64,000 bases of DNA from Lytechinus pictus (GCF_037042905.1 NC_087246.1:7132001-7196000), one strand, 5' to 3'. Positions 12,479-26,242 are shown, numbered from the stretch's first letter. The notes: generated by a model from the sequence alone, not told the origin. Made by a program: numbers and translations.

Positions 12479-12713
12479 TAGCTGGGTTTTATAATTATGC
12501 TTACTTGGGTGCCCTTAAAGCATACCTTTAGTTTCAGTAAATCCCACAAAAGTGCATGTCACTATTCCAATTCATTAAAAAAAATTATATAGGCTATCAA
12601 ATAGTTTTAAATGAATTTGAATAGTGACATGCACTTTTGTGGGATTAACTGAAACTAAAGGTACACTTTAAGGGCACCAAACTATAAAAAAACATAATTA
12701 TAAAAACCAGCTA
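12479..12713. mobile_element. Palindromic MITE with TAG...CTA ends
   Basis: tagctgggttttataattatg...cataattataaaaaccagcta; inner arms pair (cccacaaaagtgcatgtcactattc / gaatagtgacatgcacttttgtggg). TSD unclear. Confidence 0.8.
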
Positions 12714-13943
12714 TAGAATTGATCCTTTTATCATTGAAAAAAAAATGATACAAAAGAAGTAGAGAGTGTAGTTTTCTTTGGTCTCTCATATAATGATCAG
12801 GGGTTTTTTGTGAAAAAATGCAAAATATTGTAAAGTGCAAAATTTCTGCTAATTTTTACATTGAAGAAATTTTCAGTTTTAATTTATCCTGGTTTTTATT
12901 CTTGACTTCTTGTTTGAATCAACTTGCTGGCCTTTCTTTATCTGTTTCTTCTTAAAACCAAAACCATATACAGTAATATTTTTAGAAGAAATGTAGATCT
13001 GCATGACTGGTTGTTTTTATTCACATGAAGCAATTTTTGCTGTGTAATAATGTGTTATGTAATTTCTTTTTTTCTTCTTCGAAAGTTGAACAGTACAATT
13101 TCAAATGATAAGCAGGGAAGTTTTTCAGTCACTTAGAATGACAAATCAAATTTCTCAGATGGATTGACCTTCAAATGGCATTTTGGTGGCAAAGTTCTGA
13201 TTGGTGGTCTAAGTTCAAAGAGTGATATATCTTACTTGTCTCCATTTTGGTTGATGAATAGTGCATTTCTTGATTACAAGAGCTGACCCATTAGTAAATT
13301 GAAATAAAGCATTCAGTGCCTTTATGTGAAAATGCAAAATTTTGACAGGAAATGGATCTTTTCAATGTTCATGATGTCTCATGAATTTGATTTAAAGCTA
13401 CATTTGTTGTACATACATGTACGAATGGCAGTATACATCTACTTCCTTGTTCTCTGTTCATATATTTTGTTCTATTTTCTGGCCCAGAAATGCCATCTTT
13501 GAGTTGTTTTCAAACCAGTTCTAAAACTTAACTATAGAGTTAATAGATTGTATGAATGAAGCAGCATTTTATATTTTAAGCATTGAAACTTGTTAAAAAC
13601 TGAAAATGACTGGTGTTCATAATCATGCTCAAAGTAGCTGCACAAAAATGAGCTACACATGTATCCATTTTGAGAAAAAGATAATGTTGGTGTATACATT
13701 TTGCAATGGGACACAGTCATACATGTTCAGACCTACATGTATCTATGTACATGTCTTTGATGACCAAATATTGATGATTGAATTTTGAGATGGGCCTCCT
13801 GGTAACTTCACATGTAGCCAAGGAGTTCCTTGATGCAGCCAATATCGAATATGTGCATGTACTGTAAGAAGTGATCCCCCCCCCCCTAGAGTGAGAGCAG
13901 ACATACAGTACACATGTAGGCTTGCGCTTTGGGTCTACATTAA

Positions 13944-14544
13944 AGGGATGGTCCAGGGTGGAGATATTTGTATCTCAATAAATGGAGTAAAATTCACAAA
14001 GCAAAATGCGTAAAATTTGATCAAAATCGGAAACAAATAACAAAATTATCGAATTTGAAAGTTTTGAATTATTCAGGTGAAAACAGTTCTAGGCATGTCT
14101 TTATGAATATTCATTAGGTGGGCTGATAATGTCATATCCCCACATGTTCTTTTTTATTTTGTTATATGAAATTAGGTTTATTCAAAAATTTTCTACCAAG
14201 AACTAAAGCAAGTGGATTGACAACTGATTTTAGTTATTAATTGCCACAATTTGTTTCATCATAATGGAGACACATCATTAACACATGTATGAAATAATGA
14301 AACATTTATGATTTCATGTATTAACATAAGAAAAAGGAAAGTGGGGCTGTGACATCATCAGCCCACAGCACCTTATGAATATTCATTACGATGTGCATAA
14401 CTGTTTTCACAAAATATTGATAAACTTTAAAAATTCAATAACTTTGTTATTTGTTATCCGATTTTGATGAAATTTTCAGCATTTTGCTCTTTGAATTTTA
14501 CTCTATTTATTTAGATATAAATATTTTTAGCCTGAACCATCCCT
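13944..14544. mobile_element. Kolobok-like non-autonomous element (TTAA TSD)
   Basis: ttaa|agggatggtccagg...cctgaaccatccct|ttaa. Confidence 0.82.
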
Positions 14545-15328
14545 TTAAAGTACTGAACCTTTTATTTTTAAAAAGCTCATCATGGATACATGTAGCTCTG
14601 TTTCCTGATAGGTGTTTAGAACAACGCTCTGCCATTCTGTATGATTGTTCAGTACTGGCTTGGTGTTCTTACATGTACTCTTATTATTTGTTTGTGCACA
14701 CTATCCTGCTGCCAATTAATGTCCATGCCCTCTACAGATCAAACTCTCTCTCCCACTCCCAATTCCTGATACATTTCTCTTACTGTCACGCGACCTGAAA
14801 TGTAACATTGTGTGGGCGGGAAGGAGAAAGTGGTCCTGTTTTTTGTGCACATAATTTATGACTGTCCTGGTAAACATCGACGGATTGGAGCCGCTGCATA
14901 GGACTTACCGAGCCAATATATTATGAAAAGTGGAATTTCATTTTTGGAAAGCATCAGAAGACTAACATGTGTACACTACAGTTAAACAAAAATTAAATGT
15001 ACATACAGTAGGCCTATAAAAATAACATAAAGCGAGTCACAGTACATTGTACATACATGTACCACAGAACCTGAGAATTGATTGAGATTGAGAACTGATC
15101 GAAATGTACAAATGTATACTAATTTACATGTATAATATTTAAATGTAGGTCAAAGCTACGCAACCTTTCTCAATTTGTTATTCAAGTTTGCAGAAAAGAG
15201 AATAAGTTTTTAATGAAAGTAAAGCACTGGTTTTTCTCCCAGAAAAGCCTGTATAAGTTCTTATAATTCTCCTTAATGTGACAGTGTCATTACATTACAT
15301 ACATTGTATGGACAATGATGTCTTTAAA

Positions 15329-15723
15329 AGGTAAATGCTAGTTTTGGTAACGATATCAAAATGAGTTCGTACAGAATCCAATGAAATGACCACCAAAGTG
15401 TCTGTTTGTATAAATAAAACATATGTGCCAAAGGATTCTGGAAGAAATTGTGTAATTGCTGAGAAATCAGCAAATAAGCACAGGATTCGGGTAGAGCGTC
15501 GGGCACAACATTCAAAGCAATAATTATACACTGTCCCATGTGCGCTTATCTGTGTTGTGGATCTTCAGTCTGAACATTTTTCAGCGTAGATTTCAAGATT
15601 TCACGAAGTTCAGTTTATGTAACTGTACCAGATCTAGATCCTCGATGATATACTGACAATTAAGCCTTGTTTTACAGACTTTCTCATGAAATCAGTGTTT
15701 ACTGCAACTACTGGAATTTCTCT
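15329..15723. mobile_element. Kolobok-like element, family copy 2 (same orientation as 7171-7564)
   Basis: Colinear high similarity to 7171-7564; TTAA flanks. Confidence 0.85.
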
Positions 15724-16534
15724 TTAAACTTTTATGGTGTGTATAAATGAAAGTCCCTGTGACTGACTTGACCATACTGTGTACAGTATTCTTTTTCAAA
15801 TAGTGACTGAGAAAAGACTAGCAGTCAAGGAAGAGAGTTGGCAAGATCCGGGTGAACGCGCAATCAGTGACTTCAGTGAATTAAAAATGATAATGAAATT
15901 GCGCCGATTTGCAATGTCAATGTTAATGACATCTTGGGAGAGGTGAACATTCGCTTCTTTGGTTTGAATTATACGCTGTCTGATTGGCCCTGTTTTCCCA
16001 GGTAGCGGATTCAAGCTGGAAACAAGGGTTCAAATATGAAATCCAGTAACGTTCCGAAAGGATCCATGGATAGCGAGTTCACCCAGGTTTGAGCGATGTA
16101 CATGTAGTCTAACAGTAGGTCTATAATGTACAGGGACTTGTCTTGAGGTTTAGACTGGCTTTAAGCTGCTAAACCTGTGTGCATACAGTATGTAAGTTCA
16201 TGTGTACATCCCCTCTTTGATTCTGTTGATGTAATGCAAATGCATTTACATTGTACTTAGGTCTTGTTTGTAAATATTTGAATTCTGTGTAGGTTTATCC
16301 ATAAGTGTATGGATAGTACTTCACATAGAGCATGCTTATTGTACATTTCAGGTATAGAGAACAAGGTGTTTTTACATCTCCATTGATTGTAAAATGAAGT
16401 TCATTAACACAATTGATTTATTTCATGTTAAACAGTTGATATTAAAGCTTAAAAATAAAATGCATGGCAAATATTGGAATTTGCATGATATCCCAGCCGA
16501 GCATACATGTAATTGGTTATGAAAGTGCAATACA

Positions 16535-17497
16535 TTTTTGTCTCACCTGCATAGCAGAGTGAGACTATAGGCGCCGCTTTTCCGACGGCGACGGCGACGG
16601 CGGCGGCGGCGTCAACACCAAATCTTAACCTGAGGTTAAGTTTTTGAAATGACAGCATAACTTAGAAAGTATATGGACCTAGTTCATGAAACTTGGCCAT
16701 AAGGTTAATCAAGTATTACTGAACATCCTGCCTGAGTTTCATGTCACATGACCAAGGTCAAAGGTCATTAGGGTCAATGAACTTAGACCATGTTGGGGGA
16801 ATCAACATCAAAATCTTAACCTAAGGTTAAGTTTTTGAAATGTCATCATAACTTAGAAAATATATGGACCTAGTTCATGAAACTTATACATAAGGCTAAT
16901 CAAGTATCACTGAACATCCTGCATGAGTTTCACATCACATGACCAAGGTCAAAGGTCATTTAGGGTCAATGAACTTTGGCCGAATTGGGGTTATCTGTTG
17001 AATTACCATCATAACTTTGAAAGTTTATGGATCTGATTCATGAAACTTGGACATAATAGTAATCAAGTATTACTGAACATCCTGTGCAAGTTTCAGGTCA
17101 CATGATCAAGGTCAAAGGTCATTTAGGGTCAATGAACTTTGGCCAAATTGGGGTATTTGTTGAATTACAGCCATAAATTTGAAAGTGTGTTGGTCTAGTT
17201 CATAAAACTTGGACATAATAGTAATCAAGTATCACTGAACATCCTGTGCGAGTTTCAGGTCACATGATCAAGGTCAAAGGTCATGTAAGGTCAAAGAACT
17301 TTGGCCACGTTGGGGGTATTTGTTGAATTGCCATCATATCTCTATAAGTGTATTGGTCTAGTTCATAAAACGTGGAAATAAGAGTAACCAAGTATCACTG
17401 AACATCTTGTGCGAGTTATAGTAGTTTTCAAAATCAGCACTGCTGCTATATTGAATCGCGTGATGCAGGTGAGACGGCCAGAGGCATTCCACTTGTT
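16535..17497 (+). mobile_element. Helentron-associated (HINE/DINE-1/Tsp-like) non-autonomous element, copy 1
   Basis: T-run start; subterminal inverted repeat gtctcacctgcat / atgcaggtgagac; short 5' hairpin (gtctcac...gtgagac); (CGG/CGA)n microsatellite; ~162-191 bp internal tandem units; ends cacttgtt; no TSD. Confidence 0.85.
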
Positions 17498-18279
17498 CTT
17501 AATTTCTTTTCCTCTAATTTTATGTCCATCCTTTTTTTTTCAAGTTTTTGTTCAATTTCTGCATAGATATTGTCTTAACACTTGGTACAAATAATCATTG
17601 GGTAATACCACACTTGTATTCCTGAGGATGATATTACATGTAGTTGAAAGGTCATCTAAGGGTAAAAAAATGCCCATTTTATTCATCATGAAATTGAAAT
17701 CAAGCAAGACTTGTAGTTCGTGAACCACCTTGTTATGATTTTATTATTCAATACTACCATTTTATAATCTTTCTCCTTTTATTATTTTACCTGACATACT
17801 GTAACTGTATTGTGAGTTGATATTTTATTAATTGAGATTTAAGAGATTGTATATTTATGCTTATGTTATTGTATAGAGCATTGAAATGCTAATGTAATGT
17901 TTTGTATGAACTAGTAAGTTACAATATATTTTATTCATTTTACAAAGATATAATTTATAATCTATTTCTCTGAACATCAGTGTTACTGGTTACCATTTTT
18001 TTAAATCCAAAAATAGTTTTTTTTCTGATCTTTCAAAATTAGTTTATTTTATTGGCTTTGAAATAATGTGAGAATGTTTTCATTTTATTAAAGTTAACTT
18101 CTTAAAAGGAGGGGGGGGGGGGCTTACAGGGGTTCATTTATTTGAATATGTACTGTACATCAGACATCAGAGACTTCATGTACTATTACATTGTATCTGA
18201 AAGGTATCTAATGATTTTTTGTCAGATATATAAGATTGATTCTTGGCAGTCTTTTCTTTTCACTTTTAAATTATAACAG

Positions 18280-18353
18280 GATATCTTTTGTTCAAGGACT
18301 ACTGTGAGAATTGTGCAGATGTCCAAGTACAACAACTGCAGTTCTATGAAGCG
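18280..18353 (+). CDS. GRK2: GRK2/3 coding exon 3
   Basis: CAG acceptor; (G)YLLFKDYCENCADVQVQQLQFYEA; 74 nt; GTAGGT donor; RH domain. Confidence 0.96.
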
Positions 18354-18846
18354 GTAGGTACTACATTTAGCATGTAATACTAATTGTAACATTGAAAAAC
18401 ACTAACCATTATTAGAAACAAATTGAGATTAAAACACAAACCTACCCTGAACCCAACCTGTTCCAATTTCTTTGCAGCAAAGATGCAAGTTTGTAGAGTG
18501 GTACGAATGTAAGTCAGAGATAGGAGAAGTGCAATTCGAAGTGTAAAATAAATGTCCAAAATATTGAAACAAAATATTTGTTTCTAGACCACTTTAAAAT
18601 CATAAAGTATATAAAAATCTAAATTAAGTAAGGTCTCAGACTAGCTAAAAGTGGACAGGAACTTCAAACCTACTTGGTCTAATCTGGCACTGATCATGGA
18701 GAGACAGTTTATATCTTCCTATCCATGTTAATAATAGAGATGTAGACCACACTACCACAGACATGTATATCCATACCTAGGTGCAAGTCACATCACAATC
18801 ACCTCCACTGAGATTTTAGCCCCATCTACAGTACAAGTAAGCTTAA

Positions 18847-19377
18847 AGGACAAGTCCACCCCAACAAAAAGTTGATATGAATGAAAAAAAAAATCCAACA
18901 TGGCATGCATAACAGTGAAATTTTCATCAAAATGAGATGTAAAATAAGAAAATTATATGCACATCTTGCTCGGTATGCAAATGAGGAGACTGGTGATGTC
19001 ATCCACTCACTATTTCTTTTGTATTTTATTATATGAAATACAAAGTATAATTTTCGCCTCATTGCCAAGTGAAACAGTGATTAATTCCTCCCTGAACATG
19101 TGGAATTAGCATTGTTTGATACTACATGTATATACAGTTCAGTCAAGTTGGTCCTCATTGTCAAATCTGTAAAAAAAACCATGAAAAGTGAGTGAGGGAC
19201 ATCATTGTCTGTCTCATTTGCATGTCACTGAGTTCACTGTTTTGTAAAAAATTAGCGAAACTTTAAAATGTCTTATTTTGCATCTGATGTTGATGAAATT
19301 TTCAGCATTATTCTAGTATGATTTTTCTCTGTTTATTCAGATCAACATTTTTCTGGGATGGTCTTGACTCTTGACCT
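18847..19377. mobile_element. Kolobok-like element (diverged)
   Basis: ttaa|aggacaagtccacccc...gggatggtcttgactcttgacct|ttaa. Confidence 0.7.
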
Positions 19378-20125
19378 TTAACAAAGCCAAATTGTAAAAT
19401 CTTTTATGCTTACATTGCGCATGCACATACACTGTTGTGATCAATGCAGTATACTTTTTGATCAAAGACAAAATGTATGATCTGTTTTGCTTACAATGTG
19501 GTACATGTATGCCTTTAAGATTGATCTCTGTTTGTTTGAAGGTTTCCATTCCAGATTAGCAAGTGGTTTACACCCTACCTTTGATTTCTTCATATTTGCA
19601 AAGATGTTTGCTTTTAGGATTATATGCAATGATATTTTCAAAGTTTGCATTGAGCATCCCCTTTGAGCATCCCCTTGTTTTCCCAACATCTCATACCCTG
19701 TTTAGATCTGTCTCTCTCTGGTGTCACACTAGACAATGGTCTGGAGCGAACACTGCATGAAATTCCTTATCAAAACACGAGGTACACATGCGAGGGTCGT
19801 TCAGATTAGAACAAACGTCTGCGGTAATCGCGAGATACGATGTGATCGTACCTATTCCAGTGAGGAGAAAACACGTGCTCACTCAATTCTGAAAAATTTC
19901 TAGTTTTTCTTCATCTTTTCCAACAACTGTGTTTTTCTGGTTCTATTTTTAATTTTATCTTCTTTTTTTTTAATGAATTTTTATGTATCTCCTTGTTTTA
20001 ATATGTTCATCTTCTATTAATTCTTATGTATATTTTGTTCTCTCCTTTCGTTTTCTTCTTTATGATTTCTTATGTATTGTTTTAATTCTTTCACTCTCTT
20101 TTCTATCAAATCTTATGTAATTCCA

Positions 20126-20176
20126 TTTTTGTCTCACCTGCATAGCAGAGTGAGACTATAGGCGCCGCTTTTCCGA

Positions 20177-20208
<32 letters not shown>

Positions 20209-21119
20209 GCGGCGGCGACGGCGGCGGCGGCGTCAACACCAAATCTTAACCTGAGGTTAAGTTTTTGAAATGACAGCATGACTTAGAAAGTATATGGACC
20301 TAGTTCATGAAACTTGGCCATAAGGTTAATCAAGTATTACTGAACATCCTGCCCGAGTTTCATGTCACATGACCAAGGTCAAAGGTCATTTAGGGTCAAT
20401 GAACTTAGACCATGTTGGGGGAATCAACATCAAAATCTTAACCTAAGGTTAAGTTTTTGAAATGTCATCATAACTTAGAAAATATATGGACCTAGTTCAT
20501 GAAACTTATACATAAGGTTAATCAAGTATCACTGAACATCCTGCATGAGTTTCACATCACATGACCAAGGTCAAAGGTCATTTAGGGTCAATGAACTTTG
20601 GCCGAATTGGGGGTATCTGTTGAATTACCATCATAACTTTGAAAGTTTATGGATCTGATTCATGAAACTTGGACATAATAGTAATCAAGTATTACTGAAC
20701 ATCCTGTGCAAGTTTCAGGTCACATGATCAAGGTCAAAGGTCATTTAGGGTCAATGAACTTTGGCCAAATTGGGGTATTTGTTGAATTACAGCCATAAAT
20801 TTGAAAGTGTGTTGGTCTAGTTCATAAAACTTGGACATAATAGTAATCAAGTATCACTGAACATCCTGTGCGAGTTTCAGGTCACATGATCAAGGTCAAA
20901 GGTCATGTAAGGTCAAAGAACTTTGGCCACGTTGGGGGTATTTGTTGAATTGCCATCATATCTCTATAAGTGTATTGGTCTAGTTCATAAAACGTGGAAA
21001 TAAGAGTAACCAAGTATCACTGAACATCTTGTGCGAGTTATAGTAGTTTTCAAAATCAGCACTGCTGCTATATTGAATCGCGTGATGCAGGTGAGACGGC
21101 CAGAGGCATTCCACTTGTT
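20126..21119 (+). mobile_element. HINE-like element, copy 2
   Basis: Almost identical to 16535-17497 apart from a longer (CGG/CGA)n tract and a few substitutions. Confidence 0.88.
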
Positions 21120-21821
21120 AAATTCTTCTCTTCTCTTTTTTTCAATCAATTATGTAATTATTGTTTTGAGTTTTCTATCATGTTTTCTTCCATCAATTCT
21201 TTTGTATTTCTTTGTTTTAATTCTTCTTGCATATTTTCTATCAATTTTCTTGCATCATTTTTCTATCAATTCTTAGATATTACTATGTTTTTACTCTTCT
21301 TTCATCTTTTCTTCTATCAATTATTATGTATTTCTTTGTTTTAATTTTTCTTTCATCTTTTCTTCTATCAATTCTTAATGCATTTCTTTGTTTTAATTTT
21401 TGTTTCATCTTTTCTTCTATCAATTCTTATGTATTTCTTTGTTTTATTTTTCTTTCATCATATTTTTTCTATCAATTCTTAAGTATTTTCTTGTTTTAAT
21501 TCTTTCATCATCTGTCAGCTCTCATGTATCATATTTTGTACTCTCCTTCCATTTTCTTTTTTATTTCTTATGTATTTTTATGTGTTTTAATTCTTTAATT
21601 CTCTTTTCTTTCAAATCTTATGTAGGCCGTATTTTTTTCTTTTTATCTTTTTAATTTTTTTTCTTATGTCAGTTCTGTTTAGAACTTTAAAAAAAAATAT
21701 TCTGTTCTAATTAATTCTTATGTATTTTTTGTGTTGATTCTTCTTCTTTCTTTATTCTATCAATTATTTTTTATTCTGTTTTAATTCTTCTTCTTTTTTC
21801 TTCTCTATAATTTCTCATGTA

Positions 21822-21917
21822 TAGTGGCGGACCGTGACCCGGAGGAGACAATGATTGGAGGGGCACTGTATTCTTTGTGAACAATGCTGTGCCCCTCCAA
21901 TGCTTCGTCCGCCACTG
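21822..21917. mobile_element. 96-bp hAT-like MITE, 8-bp TSD
   Basis: tagtggcggac...gtccgccactg; TSD ctcatgta at 21814-21821 and 21918-21925. Confidence 0.85.
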
Positions 21918-22855
21918 CTCATGTATTTCTTTGTTCCATTCCTTCTTTCCTCTTCGTCATCATGTATTTCTTTGTTATAATTTTGTCTTGATTCATCATT
22001 AATTTTTGCACAAATATCGAGACCATGTGCTCAGATAAAGGACATCCATTTTCTATGCCGTGTTTACACCGTGACAGTTTAGATCTAGATTTACAGTCCA
22101 ACAGTGGATCACGCCGTGTAATCTCGCGATTGTGCTAGACTGTCTAGGGTGTATTTTCCCTCACGATTCCCTCAGATTTTTGCTTTATGCAGAGACCGTT
22201 TAGATCTAACGACTCGTCTAGAACGACCTGCGGTAACCTTCGCAGGCACTGCAGATTTTTGGCAGATCTAAACGGGATATCATATGATGTTGGTCTCTCA
22301 ATATCTCAAGGGCTAATTTGTTCACTTGAAAGTCAACTTTTGCTAGAATTTGACCTCTATCTGATCTCTGAAGTGAGTCATTTCACTTGAGAACAAGGAG
22401 ATGTAAACACAGTAAAAGCTCTGTTTATACATTCATTCTCTTAAAAACAAGACATGTGGCATGGCCCAAATAATTCTAAAATATTTCCAACACAGTGTGT
22501 TTTGTCTCTCATCGACTCTTGTAATAAATGGCTAGCCTTATAAACCTTTGAGATAACATATTAGTACGGGTAATAAAAGATAAATCAGCCTGTATTTCAT
22601 TTATGTCGAGAAACTAAAATGGTTTTGAGAGGATATCAGGATAGACATCTGTTTTGCTACTTGGTATTATACGATATGAATGTATTAAGTAGTGAATTAG
22701 TGTATTCAAGTGGGCCTATTAAATATTACCAGACTACACTGCTGAGAGTTTTGCATTATGGGTGGTGAACCTGGCCAGATGGGAGTAGTTGAGGACTTGA
22801 GGTGGGGCTATTCAGTTAGCTGGTTAGCCCTTTAGATTGTTAACTATTACCCTCT

Positions 22856-23601
22856 CAATTCTCGCTACCCCAAATAGGAACAAAAATCTCATAATGCGCG
22901 AGACGAGATAATTTTCACTCCGTCGGGTCGCCATCACCACTTCCGGTTTAGAGTCATGCTCGCGCGAGGTTCGCGATACTGAGTTTTCCACCACGCTGAA
23001 ATAGATGCCAATCAGCGTAATATGTACAGAGTATAATACTTTTTATTACATTTGGTCAGTTTTGATTCCATTTGAATTATAAATAAAAATAAAAAATATA
23101 TTTCACGTGAAAATAATTTCTATTCATGTTTTTATTTGGTTATAAAAAAATCAAACAAATAATGAATATCTTAAAATTTTGCATTTAGCGACCGGCCTGA
23201 CATCACGATCGTATTCAACTAGACGCTAAATATATACAGCATTCATTTCGTTCAATTTTTCGTCGACCACAAAATGGATAAAAATCAGTTTCGGAACTTT
23301 AAAAAATCTTAACTGACAGATGAATACCGTGCAATGGAAAGCGTCGGGCAGAATTAGTGACTTAAGCAGAAAAGGCTGTAAAACTGTATCGTGAAAGAGA
23401 GGGTTGTGATCACGAACTTTCCGAGCGAAAGCGACGTTGTGTTGTTGTGCATGACGGCACTGTTGATCTGAATGGCAAAACAGTGCATTGGACTTCCGAA
23501 CAGGAAGTTGTAATACCGAAAAAGCTATCCCATAATGCAATGCACGTTACAGGGATTTTCCCGGATCTCGGCGAAATCGCTATTTGGGGTAGCGAGAATT
23601 G
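22856..23601. mobile_element. Non-autonomous TIR element (perfect 22-bp TIR), superfamily unclear
   Basis: caattctcgctaccccaaatag / ctatttggggtagcgagaattg; no clean TSD. Confidence 0.8.
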
Positions 23602-26242
23602 ATTGGCTCTTTAAAGCTACCCAAGAAATCATGAATGCTCTAGGTTTCTCACCTGATCTATAATGAAAATTAAATGTTTTGAAAAAAAAAAACTTAGCAT
23701 GCTCTGGTGTATAGTGGAATTCAGTGGTTAAAGAGCAAGACCTCTGAAAGACTGCTGTTAGACCATGAAACTTGCTTGATCTTACTCTTTCAAGGGTCCT
23801 TCAACGAACTTTCAAAGATCTCTGAGGTCTTTCATGATTCTTGATGGATCTTTCAATGGTCTTTGTGGTCCTTGTGAGTCCCAAAAGTTTTTGAAATGGT
23901 TCAAAACAGTCTTCCAGCGGTCTTACAGGAAAATTGTCTTTTGAAGGACAAGTCTAAGACCATATCCATCAGTCTTTCAGAGTTCTTTGAGGGTTCTTTC
24001 TGAGCCATTCTACAGAGATGACAAATTTCAGTGATCTTGGAGACTGCTGTAAGACCTTGCCAATTTTTGGTCTTTCAAAGGTCCTTCAAAGGTCTCCGCT
24101 CCGTGGAATGGGGGCCTTAGTATGCTCTTCAATCGTATCTAGGCCTACACATAATTTTTAGTACCAGCTACATCTATCTCTCATCCCTGCACACAATGTA
24201 CATGTAGATGAGAGTTATGCAAGCAACTATACACTCTAAATTTCAGGGATTCAAGATAAATCCAGATAGACTTTGAACAGGGACTGGCCAAAAATTTGAT
24301 ATATTTGTTAAATCCTGAAGATTAACTTCTATATCTCAAAAAAATTGAATTCATATTCACAAAGTTAATGTCTAAATCCCATGTTTGGCTGTGAGTGGAT
24401 ATTTCTGATGTCACTCCGTAACCGGGTATGGGTTTACGTTTTAAGTCGTAATTAATGAAATAATACACCAATTTTTTTAATGTAATGCAGCATATTAAAG
24501 CTAGAACAACATAGAATCCAATCAATAAATCAAAATTATGATGTCAATTTAAAATTCACAGAGTTTGAGCAATAAGTTTTCTCCTCAAATAATGCATGTC
24601 CATTTTTGCGTCACTCTGTAACCATGTTTATGAATATTCATATCTCATTAATTCAGTGGATCAAAATAACAAATGTTATTTTGAAAAGTGGGTTTCAGCA
24701 ACTACTGTCAAGTACCATTTCTTTGCAAATAACTATTCAAATATTGGTGATATCTTTGTTTGAATGCAAAAAATTGTTTCTGAATGTCACTCCATAACCG
24801 TGGAACTGCCTGCACCAATTGTAAACAAATTCCTCTGTATTCTACAACTGCTCTTGAAACCTGCCAAGAAAGCACATCAAGAAAAACTAGAGTAGAATTC
24901 CACTCACTTGACATGCTGTTACCTGAAACCATCTTCTTCTTTTTTTCAAAGAGAAATTCTCATGCACCTTCCTGTAAGTTTATGTTTGGCATAAATTATG
25001 ATTGGCAGTGAAATGAACATGAGAAAGGATTCAACTTTCAAGTTTGAAGTACATTTATTGAATGTGTTATTACAAAATGCAAATTTTGGCCTAAAAATGG
25101 GTAGCATAAACACACGCTTAGACAAGCTCTTTTGTTGTACATGTAGGTCCATTTTTAGAAGGGATATATTTTACATTTCCTTGGGCAAATCACCCCTTTC
25201 CTTTGTGTCATTAAGACCCAGAACATATCTAAATGTGAAATTGACAAATCATCAATAGAATGCTTATAAGCTAGAAACACAGTAATACAAGGTTACTCAT
25301 TTTCATCGCTTTCCATCTGAATATGTTGCTTAATAGCTCCAATTATGAGGCTTCAAAAATAAGTTTTATCATGCTTTTAAGATTTCACCAGCCTCAGAGC
25401 TGTGCTGTCATTCTGTTATAAAAGCATTGTGATTCCATAGGTTTGTGCACAGAAAAACTGGGTGACATTTTTGATTTTAGAACGTGCATTGGATTTTCTT
25501 TACTTCTATTACATAGCGATATCATATGTATTCTTGCAAGCTTGATTGAAGAAATCTACAGCTTTGGGCTAGTTTTTGCCATTTGGCACAGCTTTCCAAT
25601 TCTATCTGTGTTCAGATTGCATGTATCCCGACAGCAATGTAGGCCAAATAAGAGCCCAACAAAGAAATCACCAAAAATCTAGTGAAGAGTTGTAGGTTTC
25701 TATCCTTTTGAGATCAATTTATTTAGATAGGAATTTATAATTTGTTATTATTAAGTAAATATTTATTCACATTGAAGTAAACTTAAAGGCTCTTAATCTG
25801 AAGCCCGGTTTAACTTGGGCCATGGCCGATCTAATACTGGTCTAAAATAATGGGAAGCTAATGAGTGTCAAGAATTGGTTTACACTGTAACGCTTCTTCT
25901 GTTTAGTTTACTGGGATACTACATGTAGTATTTCCCATGGCATGCTTCAATGAGGAACACAACTATTATATACAGTAAGTCATTTTGAGATTTTTATAAT
26001 GAATCAATTTGAATGCAAAATATGATTATAAATTGATCACCTAATTGTAGGTACATTTTTTTGGGGGCTTGACACTAAACATGATAGGTGTTTTCAGACC
26101 AACTCAATCTCCAGAGTACTGGTTTATGTACGAGAAAATGTCCAGGCCTTATTTTACCTGATAATAATTTTACGCATTCGCACCTACATAAAACAGACTT
26201 ATAATAGTTCTGGTAGTTAGAGCTTGAGCAATATGGTCTGTT

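Larger units (their letters stand above)
19693..22280. mobile_element. TIR element with CpG-rich subterminal regions and a T-rich degenerate repetitive core, hosting HINE copy 2 and a hAT-like MITE
   Basis: ataccctgtttagatctgtc matches the reverse complement of ggcagatctaaacgggatat. Core made of ttctatcaattctt-like units (~19900-22000). TSD not resolved. Confidence 0.6.

Noticed and set aside
24590..25330. Possible decayed transposase fragment (faint resemblance to the hAT dimerisation motif)
   Set aside because: The similarity is too weak to support by eye; it needs TBLASTN or an HMM search.
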